A stretch of DNA of 64,000 nt from Octopus sinensis (Eukaryota). Where the stretch lies: contig NC_043018.1 of NCBI RefSeq assembly GCF_006345805.1, forward strand, positions 20,212,001-20,276,000. The letters run 5' to 3'. The position numbers and the translations under genes were made by a program. Positions 26,540 through 39,924 of this stretch are shown here, in pieces (positions within the stretch are counted from its first letter, which is position 1; every line of letters starts with the position of its first letter). Under the pieces are notes generated by a model. It did no database searches. It had not been told where the DNA came from and saw only the letters and a program-made list of their open reading frames with translations.

Positions 26540-26858
26540 AGGAGCGTGGCTTAGTGGTTAGGGCATTCGGCTTATGAGCGTAATGTCGTGAGTTCAATTC
26601 CCGACGACGCGTTGTGTCCTTGAGCAAGACACTTTATTTCATGTTGCTCCAGTCCACTCAGCTGGTAAAAATGAGTTGTACCTGTATTTCAAAGAGCCGG
26701 CCTTGTCACACTTTGTCTCACGCTGAATCTCCCTGAGAACTACGTTAGGAGTACATGTGTCTGTAGATTGCTCAGTTACTTGCACGTTAATTTCAAGAGC
26801 AAGCTGTTCCGTTGATCGTATCAGCTGGGACCCTCGTCATCATAACCAACAGGGTGCC
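26540..26858 (+). mobile_element. SINE family C variant: tRNA head, CORE-like box and conserved central domain
   Basis: A-box (tggcttagtggt), B-box (gagttcaattcc), gtgtccttgagcaagacacttt, then gagaactacgtta...cctcgtcatcataacc. An opposite-strand CORE head lies at ~26390-26521. Confidence 0.85.
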
Positions 26859-27099
26859 CCTTCTCTGTGCCTAGAGTAGAAAAGAATATATTCACCTAAC
26901 CCATGCTAGCATGGTAAAATGGACACAAAAATGAAATAATGGACTATGAGTGTTCAAGAGAGAATTGTAATGGTACCCACTCTGCCCATCCACCCATGCC
27001 CATAGGTTTAAGAAGTGTTCAAGAATTGAATGCTGATAAATGAACTGGAGCAAACAACTTGACTTGGTTGTGTGGTGTGGAGAGGGGTGTTGGGAAGAG

Positions 27100-27830
27100 T
27101 TGACTTGATACAACGGACTTCATTGGCGGCGGCAGCCAAGTGAAAATTCAGGTTAATCTGCTGAAAAGTGGTTTTGTATAAAACTTTATAGTAACCAAGG
27201 CGACATTTTAGAGGGGTTAAAAAAAAAAGCAACAAGTGGTTTTTGTCGCGGCTGACTGCTCCGTTAAACTTGCAAATCTGTCGTGCATGCCACTAAGTGC
27301 CAAAAATGTCAAACAAACCAGACAACTTTACGGTGTTTTTATGTTCAACAAAGATTTTTGAAACAATACTTTCAGAAAACTCCATCTGCCATTATTGGTT
27401 GTAGAGAGCTTTTTTTTTTTTTTTTTTTTTACGGTTTTTTTTTTTGGTAAAATTTTTATTGCATTCTCTACTTTTTGGTGCCAAACTGATGTGTTCTCTC
27501 CTGTTTTGTTTCAAGAAATTTTATGTTGGAAGAATTAGCTTTGCAAAAATTCTTTTATTTTTATTTTCTTAGATTTTTTTTTTTTTTTTTTTTTTTTTTC
27601 ATATTTCCCCATTTATTTTTGCCGCTACTTTGTGTGAAAAACAACAGGATTTTACATAACGCCAAAAAAAAAAAGAAAATAATAATAATAATAATAATAA
27701 TAAATGAAAGTAAAATAGCTTTTAAAATAAAATCCCCTTAGAAAAAGTGAAAAGATGGGATTTATATATCTGATGAAAAAACCGCGACAATAAATTTTGT
27801 CAGCTTTCTGTGACTGTATTAATTTTGCAT
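27100..27830. promoter_or_regulatory. Unique, relatively CpG-retaining segment; possible promoter/5' UTR or enhancer
   Basis: Non-repetitive with several CpGs (ggcggcggc, tgtcgcgg, ccgcgaca) in a CpG-poor window, and poly-T tracts. No positive proof of function. Confidence 0.25.
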
Positions 27831-27939
27831 GCGTGTTTATGTGTACATATATACACTTATACATATGTACGCATATATCTATGTAGGTGGGAGGTGTATG
27901 TATATATGTGCGAGTGTGTACATACATAGATATGCATAT

Positions 27940-28540
27940 GTTTGCTTAGATACACGTATGTGTACACACACGCACACACACACATGTACATATATAGATA
28001 TATATATATATACACACATAAACATCTATATATATACACTCACACACATATATAACAGTACACACACTCACACATATATAACAGTACACACATATATATA
28101 TATAAAAGTACACGCACACACATAACAGTACACACACACACATATATAACAGTACACACACACACACATATAACAGTACACACACACACATATATACATA
28201 ACAGTACACACACACATATATAACAGTACACACACACACACATATATAACAGTACACACACACACATATATAAACGTACACACACACACACATACATATA
28301 TATAGCAATACACACACACATATATAACAGTATACACTTATATAACAGTACACAAACACATATATATAAACATATAACAGTACACACACACACATATATA
28401 TATATAGCAGTACACACACACACATAACAGTATACACATATATATAACAGTACATACACATATATAAAAGTACACGCGCACACATATAACAGTATACACA
28501 CACACACATACATATATATAACAGTACACACACACACATA
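27940..28540. repeat. Minisatellite, ~22-bp unit (aacagtacacacacacatatat)
   Basis: ACAGTACAC recurs about 20 times. Confidence 0.9.
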
Positions 28541-28722
28541 TAACTGACATCTAAATCGTATATTTTATCTCGTCTTCTCTTTCATTTTAATGGTTCTTAC
28601 AATCATTTCATGATTTGATGTGGTAACAGATGCACGGTATAACAGCTAGTCTACATTACATGAAATATTACTTAGTGAGCTTCGATTCCCAGCCCCCACC
28701 CCACAAAAGAATTCCATATACA

Positions 28723-29130
28723 GGCGCAGGTGTGACTGTGTGGTTGAAGCTTGCTTCCCAACCACATGGTTCCAGGTTCAGTCCCACTGCATGGCATCTT
28801 AAACTTCTACTATTGCCTCGGGCCAACCAAAGCTTTGGGAGTGGATTTGGTAGATGGAAACTGAAAGAAGCCCGTCGTATGTATATGTATATTGTATATA
28901 TGTGTATATTTGTGTGTGTGTATGTGTGTGTGTTTGTTCCCCCACCATCACTTGACAACTGGCGTTGGTGTGTTTACATCCCCGTAACTTAGCGGTTCGG
29001 CAAAAGAGAATGATAGAATAAGTACTAGGCTTATAAAGAATAAGACCTGGGGTTGATTCACTCGACTAAAGGCAGTACTCCAGCATGGCCACAGTCAAAT
29101 GACTGTAACAAGTGAAAGAACAAAAGAATA
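28723..29130 (+). mobile_element. SINE family A
   Basis: Head, core (partly deleted) and tail. Confidence 0.9.
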
Positions 29131-29149
29131 GAGATTTTTAATACCTTGT

Positions 29150-32100
29150 GTCATTCTACCGTTTTATGTCAGCACCATACTATACCACTTCAGTACTACA
29201 GCTTATACTATACTCCATACTATACCATACAGTATTATATTATCATTATAGCCTATAGTTCTACCATACACTATGATATCCTACGGTACCACTTTAGTAC
29301 AATAAGTCTACCATACACCATATTAGACTGCTATGGTATTACAGTTTATACCATACACCATACTATGCCATACAGTATTATATTATCATTATAGCCTATA
29401 GTTCTACCATACACTATGATATCCTACGGTACCACTTTAGTACAATAAGTCTACCATACACCATATTAGACTGCTATGGTATTACAGTTTATACTATACA
29501 CCATACTATGCCATACAGTATTATATTATCATTATAGCCTATAGTTCTACCATACACTATGATATCCTACGGTACCACTTTAGTACAATAAGTCTACCAT
29601 ACACCATATTAGATGCTATGGTATTACAGTTTATACTATACACCATACTATGCCATACAGTATTATATTATCATTATAGCCTATAGTTCTACCATACACT
29701 ATGATATCCTACGGTACCACTTTAGTACAATAAGTCTACCATACACCATATTAGACTGCTATGGTATTACAGTTATACTATACACCATACTATACCATAC
29801 AGTATTATATTATCATTATAGCCTATAGTTCTACCATACACTATGATATCCTACGGTACCACTTTAGTACAATAAGTCTACCATACACATATTAGACTGC
29901 TATGGTATTACAGTTTATACTATACACCATACTATGCCATACAGTATTATATTATCATTATAGCCTATAGTTCTACCATACACTATGATATCCTACGGTA
30001 CCACTTTAGTACAATAAGTCTACCATACACCATATTAGACTGCTATGGTATTACAGTTATACTATACACCATACTATACCATACAGTATTATATTATCAT
30101 TATAGCCTATAGTTCTACCATACACTATGATATCCTACGGTACCACTTTAGTACAATAAGTCTACCATACACCATATTAGACTGCTATGGTATTACAGTT
30201 TATACTATACACCATACTATACCATACAGTATTATATTATCATTATAGCCTATAGTTCTACCATACACTATGATATCCTACGGTACCACTTTAGTACAAT
30301 AAGTCTACCATACACCATATTAGACTGCTATGGTATTACAGTTTATACTATACACCATACTATACCATGCAGTATTATATTATCATTATAGCCTATAGTT
30401 CTACCATACACTATGATATCCTACGGTACCACTTTAGTACAATAAGTCTACCATACACCATATAGACTGCTATGGTATTACAGTTTATACTATACACCAT
30501 ACTATGCCATACAGTATTATATTATCATTATAGCCTATAGTTCTACCATACACTATGATATCCTACGGTACCACTTTAGTACAATAAGTCTACCATACAC
30601 CATATTAGACTGCTATGGTATTACAGTTTATACTATACACCATACTATACCATACAGTATTATATTATCATTATAGCATAGTTCTACCATACACTATGAT
30701 ATCCTACGGTACCACTTTAGTACAATAAGTCTACCATACACCATATTAGACTGCTATGGTATTACAGTTTATACTATACACCATACTATACCATACAGTA
30801 TTATATTATCATTATAGCCTATAGTTCTACCATACACTATGATATCCTACGGTACCACTTTAGTACAATAAGTCTACCATACACCATATTAGACTGCTAT
30901 GGTATTACAGTTTATACTATACACCATACTATACTATACAGTATTATATTATCATTATAGCCTATAGTTCTACCATACACTATGATATCCTACGGTACCA
31001 CTTTAGTACAATAAGTCTACCATACACCATATTAGACTGCTATGGTATTACAGTTTATACTATACACCATACTATACTATACAGTATTATATTATCATTA
31101 TAGCCTATAGTTCTACCATACACTATGATATCCTACGGTACCACTTTAGTACAATAAGTCTACCATACACCATATTAGACTGCTATGGTATTACAGTTTA
31201 TACTACACCATACTATGCCATGCAGTATTATATTATCATTATAGCCTATAGTTCTACCATACACTATGATATCCTACGGTACCACTTTAGTACAATAAGT
31301 CTACCATACACCATATTAGACTGCTATGGTATTACAGTTTATACTATACACCATACTATACCATACAGTATTATATTATCATTATAGCCTATAGTTCTAC
31401 CATACACTATGATATCCTACGGTACCACTTTAGTACAATAAGTCTACCATACACCATATTAGACTGCTATGGTATTACAGTTTATACTATACACCATACT
31501 ATGCCATACAGTATTATATTATCATTATAGCCTATAGTTCTACCATACACTATGATATCCTACGGTACCACTTTAGTACAATAAGTCTACCATACACCAT
31601 ATTAGACTGCTATGGTATTACAGTTTATACTATACACCATACTATGCCATACAGTATTATATTATCATTATAGCCTATAGTTCTACCATACACTATGATA
31701 TCCTACGGTACCACTTTAGTACAATAAGTCTACCATACACCATATTAGACTGCTATGGTATTACAGTTTATACTATACACCATACTATACCATACAGTAT
31801 TATATTATCATTATAGCCTATAGTTCTACCATACACTATGATATCCTACGGTACCACTTTAGTACAATAAGTCTACCATACACCATATTAGACTGCTATG
31901 GTATTACAGTTTATACTATACACCATACTATGCCATACAGTATTATATTATCATTATAGCCTATAGTTCTACCATACACTATGATATCCTACGGTACCAC
32001 TTTAGTACAATAAGTCTACCATACACCATATTAGACTGCTATGGTATTACAGTTTATACTATACACCATTATGCCATGCAGTATTATATTATCATTATAG

Positions 32101-32516
32101 CCTATAGTTCTACCATACACTATGATATCCTACGGTACCACTTTAGTACAATAAGTCTACCATACACCATATTAGACTGCTATGGTATTACAGTTTATAC
32201 TATACTCCATACTATACCATACAGTATTATATTATCATTATAGCCTATAGTTCTACCATACACTATGATATCCTACGGTTCCACTTTAGTACAATAAGTC
32301 TACCATACACCATATTAGACTGCTATGGTATTACAGTTTATACTATACTCCATACTATACCATACAGTATTATATTATCATTATAGCCTATAGTTCTACC
32401 ATACACTATGATATCCTACGGTTCCACTTTAGTACAATAAGTCTACCATACACCATATTAGACTGCTATGGTATTACAGTTTATACTATACACCATACTA
32501 TGCCATGCAGTATTAT
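29150..32516. repeat. Homogeneous tandem satellite, 143-bp unit, ~23 copies
   Basis: CCATACAGTATT starts at 29225, 29368, 29511, ...; the unit is built from four CCATAC/CTATAC-initiated subunits of 39, 47, 40 and 17 bp. Confidence 0.98.
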
Positions 32517-33998
32517 TTTTTTTTTCTACACTAGGGGAAGGGGGCCAGTCGATTAGATCAACACCAGTATGCAACTAGTACTTAATTTGTCGACCGCATC
32601 AGCATTTGAACTCAGAACGTAAAGACAGATGAAACATCACTAAGCATTTTGCCCAGCATGCTAACGTTTCTTTTTTTTTTTTTTATTGCCCACAAGGTGC
32701 TAAACATAGAGGGGACAAACAAGGACAGACAAAAGGATTAAGTTGATTACATTGACCCCTGTGAATAACTGGTACTTAATTTATCGACCCTAAAAGGATG
32801 AAAGGCAAAGTCGACCTTGGCAGAATTTGAACTCAGAACGTAATGGCAGACGAAATACCTATTTCTTTACTACCCACAAGGTGCTAAACATAGAGGGGAC
32901 AAACAAGGACAGACAAAAGGATTAAGTTGATTACATTGACCCCGTGAATAACTGGTACTTAATTTATCGACCCTAAAAGGATGAAAGGCAAAGTCGACCG
33001 TGGCAGAATTTGAACTCAGAACGTAATGGCAGACGAAATACCTATTTCTTTACTACCCACAAGGGGCTAAACACAGAGGGGACAAACAAGGACAGACAAA
33101 CGGATTAAGTTGATTACATTGACCCCTGTGAATAACTGGTACTTAATTATCGACCCTAAAAGGATGAAAGGCAAAGTCGACCTTGGCAGAATTTGAACTC
33201 AGAACGTAATGGCAGACGAAATACCTATTTCTTTACTACCCACAAGGTGCTAAACATAGAGGGGACAAACAAGGACAGACAAAAGGATTAAGTGATTACA
33301 TTGACCCCTGTGAATAACTGGTACTTAATTTATCGACCCTAAAAGGATGAAAGGCAAAGTCGACCGTGGCAGAATTTGAACTCAGAACGTAATGGCAGAC
33401 GAAATACCTATTTCTTTACTACCCACAAGGGGCTAAACACAGAGGGGACAAACAAGGACAGACAAACGGATTAAGTTGATTACATTGACCCCTGTGAATA
33501 ACTGGTACTTAATTTATCGACCCTAAAAGGATGAAAGGCAAAGTCGACCTTGGCAGAATTTGAACTCAGAACGTAATGGCAGACGAAATACCTATTTCTT
33601 TACTACCCACAAGGTGCTAAACATAGAGGGGACAAACAAGGACAGACAAAAGGATTAAGTTGATTACATTGACCCCTGTGAATAACTGGTACTTAATTTA
33701 TCGACCCTAAAAGGATGAAAGGCAAAGTCGACCTTGGCAGAATTTGAACTCAGAACGTAATGGCAGACGAAATACCTATTTCTTTACTACCCACAAGGGG
33801 CTAAACACAGAGGGGACAAACAAGGACAGACAAACGGATTAAGTCGATTACATCGGCCCCTGTGAGTAACTGGTATTTAATTTATCGACCCCAAAAGGAT
33901 GAAAGGCAAAGTCAACCTCAGCGGAATTTGAACTCAGAACGTAATGGCAGACGAAATACCGCTAAGCACTTCTAACATTTCTGCCAGCTTGCAGCCTT
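32517..33998 (-). mobile_element. Composite SINE-B insertion containing a 7-copy, 183-184-bp SINE-derived tandem array (32689-~33960)
   Basis: CCCACAAG at 32689, 32873, 33056, 33239, 33422, 33606 and 33790; poly-T at 32516-25; 17-bp TSD ATGC(C/T)ATGCAGTATTAT at 32500-32516 and 33999-34015. Confidence 0.93.
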
Positions 33999-34157
33999 AT
34001 GCTATGCAGTATTATATTATCATTATAGCCTGCGGTTCTACCATACACTCTACAATACCCTATGGTACCACATTAGTACAATAACTCTACCAGACACCAT
34101 ATTATACTGCTACAGTATTACAGCTTATACTATACACCATACTATGCCATACAGTAT
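33999..34157. repeat. Diverged terminal unit of the 143-bp satellite
   Basis: Alignable to the array unit but with many substitutions. Confidence 0.9.
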
Positions 34158-34577
34158 AGGTATATCAGTAGAACATTATTACTATAGTACGTTTATATAT
34201 TTGTTGTGCAAGATTTTTTATGTGAAGTCATGTGTTGAAACAGATATTGTTATATTTCGGAATGGTCATATTGCCAGTTTAGCCAATAAAACACACGCAC
34301 TATATATTTGGTGTTACTTTGCTTCAGTGTTATTTATTTTTTGCATTAATCTTAATCTTATTTCGGTCAGAGTTCTTTCGTCACACTCCTGTGGCCGCAT
34401 CAGTGGTCCTTTGTTTTCTTCTTTCTTATTTGTGTGTCTCTCCTTACTAACCGTCAGCCATTTTGAATTTCTATTGTATGTCTTCATTTGCGCATGCTTA
34501 TATCTCTATGTGCGTCTATGTTTATTTAGTGTGTGTGTGGGGCGATGCCTGTAATATTTGTATCTTCTGTTTATATA

Positions 34578-34981
34578 CTCTTTACTCTTTTACTCTTTTC
34601 AGTCATTTGACTGCGGCCATGCTGGAGCACCGCTTTTAGTCGAGCAAATCGACCCCGGGACTTATTCTTTGTAAGCCCAGTACTTATTCTATCGGTCTCT
34701 TTTGCCGAACCGCTAAGTGACGGGGATGTAAACACACCAGCATCAGTTGTCAAGCAATGCTAGAGGGACAAACACAGACACACAAACATATACATACATA
34801 CATATATATGCATATATACGACAGGCTTCTTTCAGTTTCCGTCTACCAAATCCACTCACAAGGCTTTGGTCGGCCTGAGGCTATAGTAGAAGACACTTGC
34901 CCAAGATGCCACGCAGTGGGACTGAACCCAGAACCATGTGGTTGGTAGGCAAGCTACTTACCACACAGCCACTCCTGCGCC
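34578..34981 (-). mobile_element. SINE family A, full length
   Basis: Reverse complement of the 11013 copy. Confidence 0.95.
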
Positions 34982-35719
34982 TATATTAATAATTATTTTT
35001 GATTCGTTTTTTTTCTTTTTTTTTTTTGATATTTTATCCATATCAAATGTTTTGATATTAACTTGAAAAAGTAACTTATGAGGTCTTTTCATTATACTAA
35101 ACAGTCTTGGGAATTTCTTTGTAGCTCCTCCTCCCCCACAAACTTACTGAATTACTTAATAATTTCCCTATTCACTTCTACCTTTCCATTCTACTTAATT
35201 TCCCCATACTCACACACTCACTTGCAAATCTAGTTCATCTGTTGCCCTCTGACCTTTGACCTACTGACATATATTTGGTCAAATTACTAAGTGATCCATC
35301 TGTATTAAAAAACTGGAATCTCTGCTTTAATTAAAGATTTGGGTTTCTGCTTAACGTGTTCTTCTAATATCTATCTAATATCAGACACACCACACTGACA
35401 GTACAAACCACCTCCTACCCATCCGGCCATGCCCACCACCATCCACTTCACATTATCTCTCTCCTCCTCCCTCTCTCTCTCTCGTTGGTGGTCCTAATAG
35501 TTAACAAATGGCAAAAATGATTCATACATCAACAAAGAAAAACAAAATGGCAGGGTGGTGGTGGTGAGAGTGGTAGTGTTCATAATGGTTACCCTTGACC
35601 CCCTAGTAACCATCCTTTTATTTTTCATACATCAGCAACCCCCTCCTCCTCTTCCCCCATCCATTCATCCATCCACCCACCCAGACAGACAGACTGACAC
35701 ATTCTTACACTTCCATGTT

Positions 35720-36135
35720 TAAAATGTTAAATTTAAGGAAATACCTTGCATGAAGGAATTTCCTTTGCTCTCTCCCCCGCCCCCATTCCTACCCTCTACC
35801 CCCTCCAGTCACTCTATCCCCCTCTTTCACCCCTCCACTGCTATGTCTCTTTCCCCTTCTGCCTCCTTCACATTTCTCCTCTCCCTCTTTCTATATCTAT
35901 CTCTCTTTCCCTTCTCTCCTCTCTCTCTATTTCACACATCCCTTTTTCTCCTTTCTTTCCCCTCTTCCTCACCCTCGCTTCCCCCCCCCGCTTTCTCCCC
36001 CCCATTTCTCTCCGTCTCTGTCTCCAATCACTCCTTCCCCACAATCTATCTTTCATTCTCATTTTCTCTCTTTTCTGTCTTTATCTCCCCCTCCCTCCAT
36101 GCCAATCCTTCTCCCCCCCCCACCTCATCTCTTTC
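35720..36135. repeat. CT-rich low-complexity tract
   Basis: Pyrimidine-biased; explains ORFs 35746-36148. Confidence 0.85.
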
Positions 36136-36774
36136 TAACGCTCCATAAACAAACATGCTTCTGTCTCCAAGACAAACTCTAAGGAAAAACACGCACCCCC
36201 TCCTACCGCCCCCCACCAATCTATGTTTAATGCCTTAACAATCATTCATACCTCACACCCACTGCCTACTCCTTCCCCACCCCTTCTGTTTTTCTTACAT
36301 AAATGACACGCCTCCCTCCCACTCTCTTCCATCAAACCCCCATTTTCACCCCTTTTAAAGAAAATATTCTCCTTATTGTTAAAAGGAGATAAAATTTTCT
36401 GACACATTTCTTTTTCATAAAAAGGAACCACTTCATTTTTTCATTTTTTTGTTAACCAAAATCTTCAGCGGCGGTGGTGGTGGTGGTGGTGGTGGTGAGA
36501 ATGGGATGGTGTTTTTTTTTATCTGTTCTTGGTTGTTTTTTTTTGTTTTCGTTTTTGTTGTTTTTATTATATTTTGTTTAGTTTTCTTTCTGCTGTTTTT
36601 TTTTATTTCTCATTTTCTCTCCTCCTTTCTTTTTCTTTCTCTGTCTATTAAGTAAGTCTTGACTGTCTCTTAAGTATATATTTTAATGTAGAGTTCACAG
36701 CATTGCAAATCTCTCTATTCATCTGGCCCTCTCTCTCCCTCTCTCTCTCTCTCTTTACATATATATATATATAT

Positions 36775-36873
36775 ATTTCTATATGGTACGCTTGACATTT
36801 GCTAAGAAAGCTCTCTGCATGAAACCAATGGTAGTCTTGTTAACTTATAAAATAAGGAATATTTAAGCATCAA

Positions 36874-36925
<52 letters not shown>

Positions 36926-37185
36926 TCACATTGTACGCTTATATCAAACAGTGAGAATGAGTGCACAACACTACATTGGTGCTTAAATATTCCTTATTTT
37001 ATAAGTTAACAAGACTACCATTGGTTTCATGCAGAGAGATTTCTTAGCAATTGTCAAGCGTACCATATAGAAATTTCCCCAAGACACCTGAAGAAGGCTA
37101 GAGGGTATATCAGCCAAAACATTGTGTTAACAACAAACAAGATGAGGACAAATATCCATCAAATGTAAATAATGTAAATAAAGAC
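36775..37185 (+). mobile_element. Penelope-like pseudo-LTR fragment with 99-bp inverted duplication and decayed minimal hammerhead (37082-37126)
   Basis: Arms 36775-36873 and 36976-37074 (3 mismatches), followed by agacac-CTGAAGA-aggct..agcc-AAAACATT-gtgtt. Confidence 0.6.
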
Positions 37186-37300
37186 ATATTGTGTCTGTAA
37201 GTATAGAAGGTAGTCTTTTGATTCCAAATCCAAAATTGACTAAGATTTTGTTCTTAGAAACAGAATTGCTTCAAACAGGTCCTCCTTCATAGAAGACCAT

Positions 37301-37680
37301 GGAAGCACTCCGTCGGTTACGACGACGAGGGTTCCGGTTGATCCGATCAACGGAACAGCCTGCTCGTGAAATTAACGTGTAAGTGGCTGAGCACTCCACA
37401 GACACGTGTACCCTTAACGTAGTTCTCGGGGATATTCAGCGTGACACAGAGTGACAAGGCCGGCCCTTTGAAACACAGGTACAACAGAAACAGGAAGTAA
37501 GAGTGAGAGAAAGTTGTGGTGAAAGAGTACAGCAGGGATCAACACCATCCCCTGCCGGAGCCTCGTGGAACTTTAGGTGTTTTCGCTCAATAAACACTCA
37601 CAACGCCCGGTCTGGGAATCGAAATCGCGATCCTACGACTGCGAGTCCGCTGCCCTAACCACTGGGCCATTGCGCCTCCA
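37301..37680 (-). mobile_element. SINE family C, full length, young
   Basis: tRNA-like head with A/B boxes; CpGs intact; 11-bp TSD TAGAAGACCAT at 37290-37300 and 37682-37692. Confidence 0.95.
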
Positions 37681-38216
37681 CTAGAAGACCATAACCCATT
37701 AGCAGTTAAACCAGCCGTATCCGACCCAAATATTCTACCTGTTTTGTGTTCAAACCACCCAGATACTATCTTTCACACCCACCTTTAATGTCACCCCAAA
37801 AATGTGCAACTACACAATTGAAATCTCAAAGTTACAAGATAATGCCTGATTAATTCAAAGCAAAGTGAACAAGTAAGCATTATATTTGACAGAGTAATAT
37901 GGACGCTGAACAGTCAGATTTGATTTGAATATTTCCAGAGGAAGAAACTGTCAAATTAACATTTGTAAAATTGGAAATTTCAACACATTATGTTACAGTT
38001 TAGTGAAGGCGTGTGGTCTAATGGTTTGTAGTGGTTTTCAGCTAGGGTCCATATGACCCTTGGCGTAGTCCATATAAGATTTTGTAGTGAAAATTTATTT
38101 GCAATAAATCAGTTACACTTTTACAATACACCAAATATTTTAACAATTTGTTTATATATATAGTTCCTAATAATATTTAATTATAAACACACAGTAAGAT
38201 TATATGTATACACACA

Positions 38217-38585
38217 CCAGTGGTTAGGGCAGTGGACTCGTGGTCATAGGATCGCGGTTTCGATTCCCAGACCAGGTGTTGTGAGTGTTTATTGAGCGAA
38301 AACACCTAAAGCTCCACGAGGCTCCGGCAGGGGATGGTGGTGATCCCTGCTGTACTCTTTCACCACAACTTTCTCTCACTCTTACTTCCTGTTTCTGTTG
38401 TACCTGTATTTCAAAGGGCCGGCCTTGTCACTCTCTGTGTCACGCTGACTATCCCCGAGAACTACGTTAAGGGTGCACATGTCTGTGGAGTGCTCAGCCA
38501 CTTACACATTAATTTCACGAGCAGGCTGTTCCATTGATTCGGATCAACCGGAACCCTCGTCGTCGTAACCGACAGAGTGCTTCCA
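38217..38585 (+). mobile_element. SINE family C
   Basis: Reverse complement of 37301-37670. Confidence 0.93.
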
Positions 38586-39112
38586 TCCCATACACACACA
38601 TATACACACTTATATATGCAGCAAATGGCTATATAGAGTAGGGGAAAATAGGAATTAAAGGGGCCCAAAGGCAAAAAAAAAAAATGGTTGAGAACCACTG
38701 AGTTAGTGTTGGATTTACAATCATACAGCCATGAGTTCAATTCCTGAGCTGGACAGCGCATTGAGTCATTGAGCAAGGCACTTAATTCCATGATGCTTCA
38801 GTTTACTCAGATGAAACTGAGTATCAGCTGTTCATGGATGCAGCTTTCTCTCCACCTAGTTGTCATATAGTCAAACTACCACTCAGTCAGAGGTGAGAAA
38901 ACCCATGAGGGTACCAATATCTGTTCACAACTATACAGGCTCTTAACGAGAGCAAACTTACCTTTATTAATGTATATTGAATTATACATAGATATATATA
39001 CAAGATTTCCACAGATATAAAAGTTTAGGATTTGTGATCTGCCCACAGACCTCTTTTTTGAAGCTAAGAGATAATGTATGATTAATTCAAAAGAATGAGA
39101 ACAAATTTTATA

Positions 39113-39492
39113 GATGCAGGAGTGGCTGTGTGGTAAGTAGCTTGCTTACCAACCACGTGGATCCGGGTTCAGTCCCACTGCGTGGCACCTTGGGCGAGTA
39201 TCTTCTACTATAGCTTCAGGCCAACCATAACCTTATGAGTGGATTTGGTAGATGGAGTTGGAAAGAAGCCTTTCGTATATGTGTGTGTATGTCTGTCTGT
39301 CTGTGTTTGTCCTCCTACCATCACTTGACAATTGATTTTGGTTTGTTTATGTCCCTGTAACTTAGCGGTTTGGCAAAAGAGACCAATAGAATAAGTACTA
39401 GGCTTACAAAGAATAAGTCCTGGTGTCGATTTGTTCAACTAAAGGTGGTGCTCCAGCATGGCCACAGTCAAATGACTGAAACAAATAAAAGA
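39113..39492 (+). mobile_element. SINE family A, diverged
   Basis: Head, core and tail. Confidence 0.88.
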
Positions 39493-39924
39493 AAATGCAA
39501 TAGACATGACAGAGAGAAATCTGAATGCTTAAGTTTTATATTGTTCAATTTTGATGTTTTCTCAAGTATTAACATGGATATCCACTTTATCTAAAGAATG
39601 TGTACTAAGCATTGATGTCCTCTTAAATATTGTAAAGATTATCCTGAAGACTTTTCATGTATTATCACAAAATGATGACATCTGTCACCAACAGGTTTCA
39701 TTTGCTTCTGTTCTTATTTTCTCTTTCAAACAGGTTATCCAGATTTTCTTTCCTCATTCATTACAATTAAACCCATCACAGTTCCCTGGTGAACACCCTA
39801 ATGACTGCCCAAGGAATGTCAAAAAAGCTGAGTGAGTACTGTTTTGGGATTTCATTTTTACACCTGTGTTCCATACGGTATGTGTGTATGGGGGGACAGT
39901 GTAGGGGACGAAAGTTCAATGTGG

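Noticed and set aside
27285-27310. miR-96-like seed (TTTGGCACT) on the minus strand; also a miR-252-like GTAGTCGCAGGAG at ~7731-7743
   Set aside because: Only partial matches, and no precursor hairpin is visible.
29150-32516. CRISPR-like appearance of the regular array
   Set aside because: Units are identical end to end with no unique spacers, there are no cas genes, and the context is eukaryotic.
37600-37680. tRNA gene
   Set aside because: A/B boxes are present but run into a multi-copy SINE body; no complete cloverleaf. The same holds for all SINE heads.
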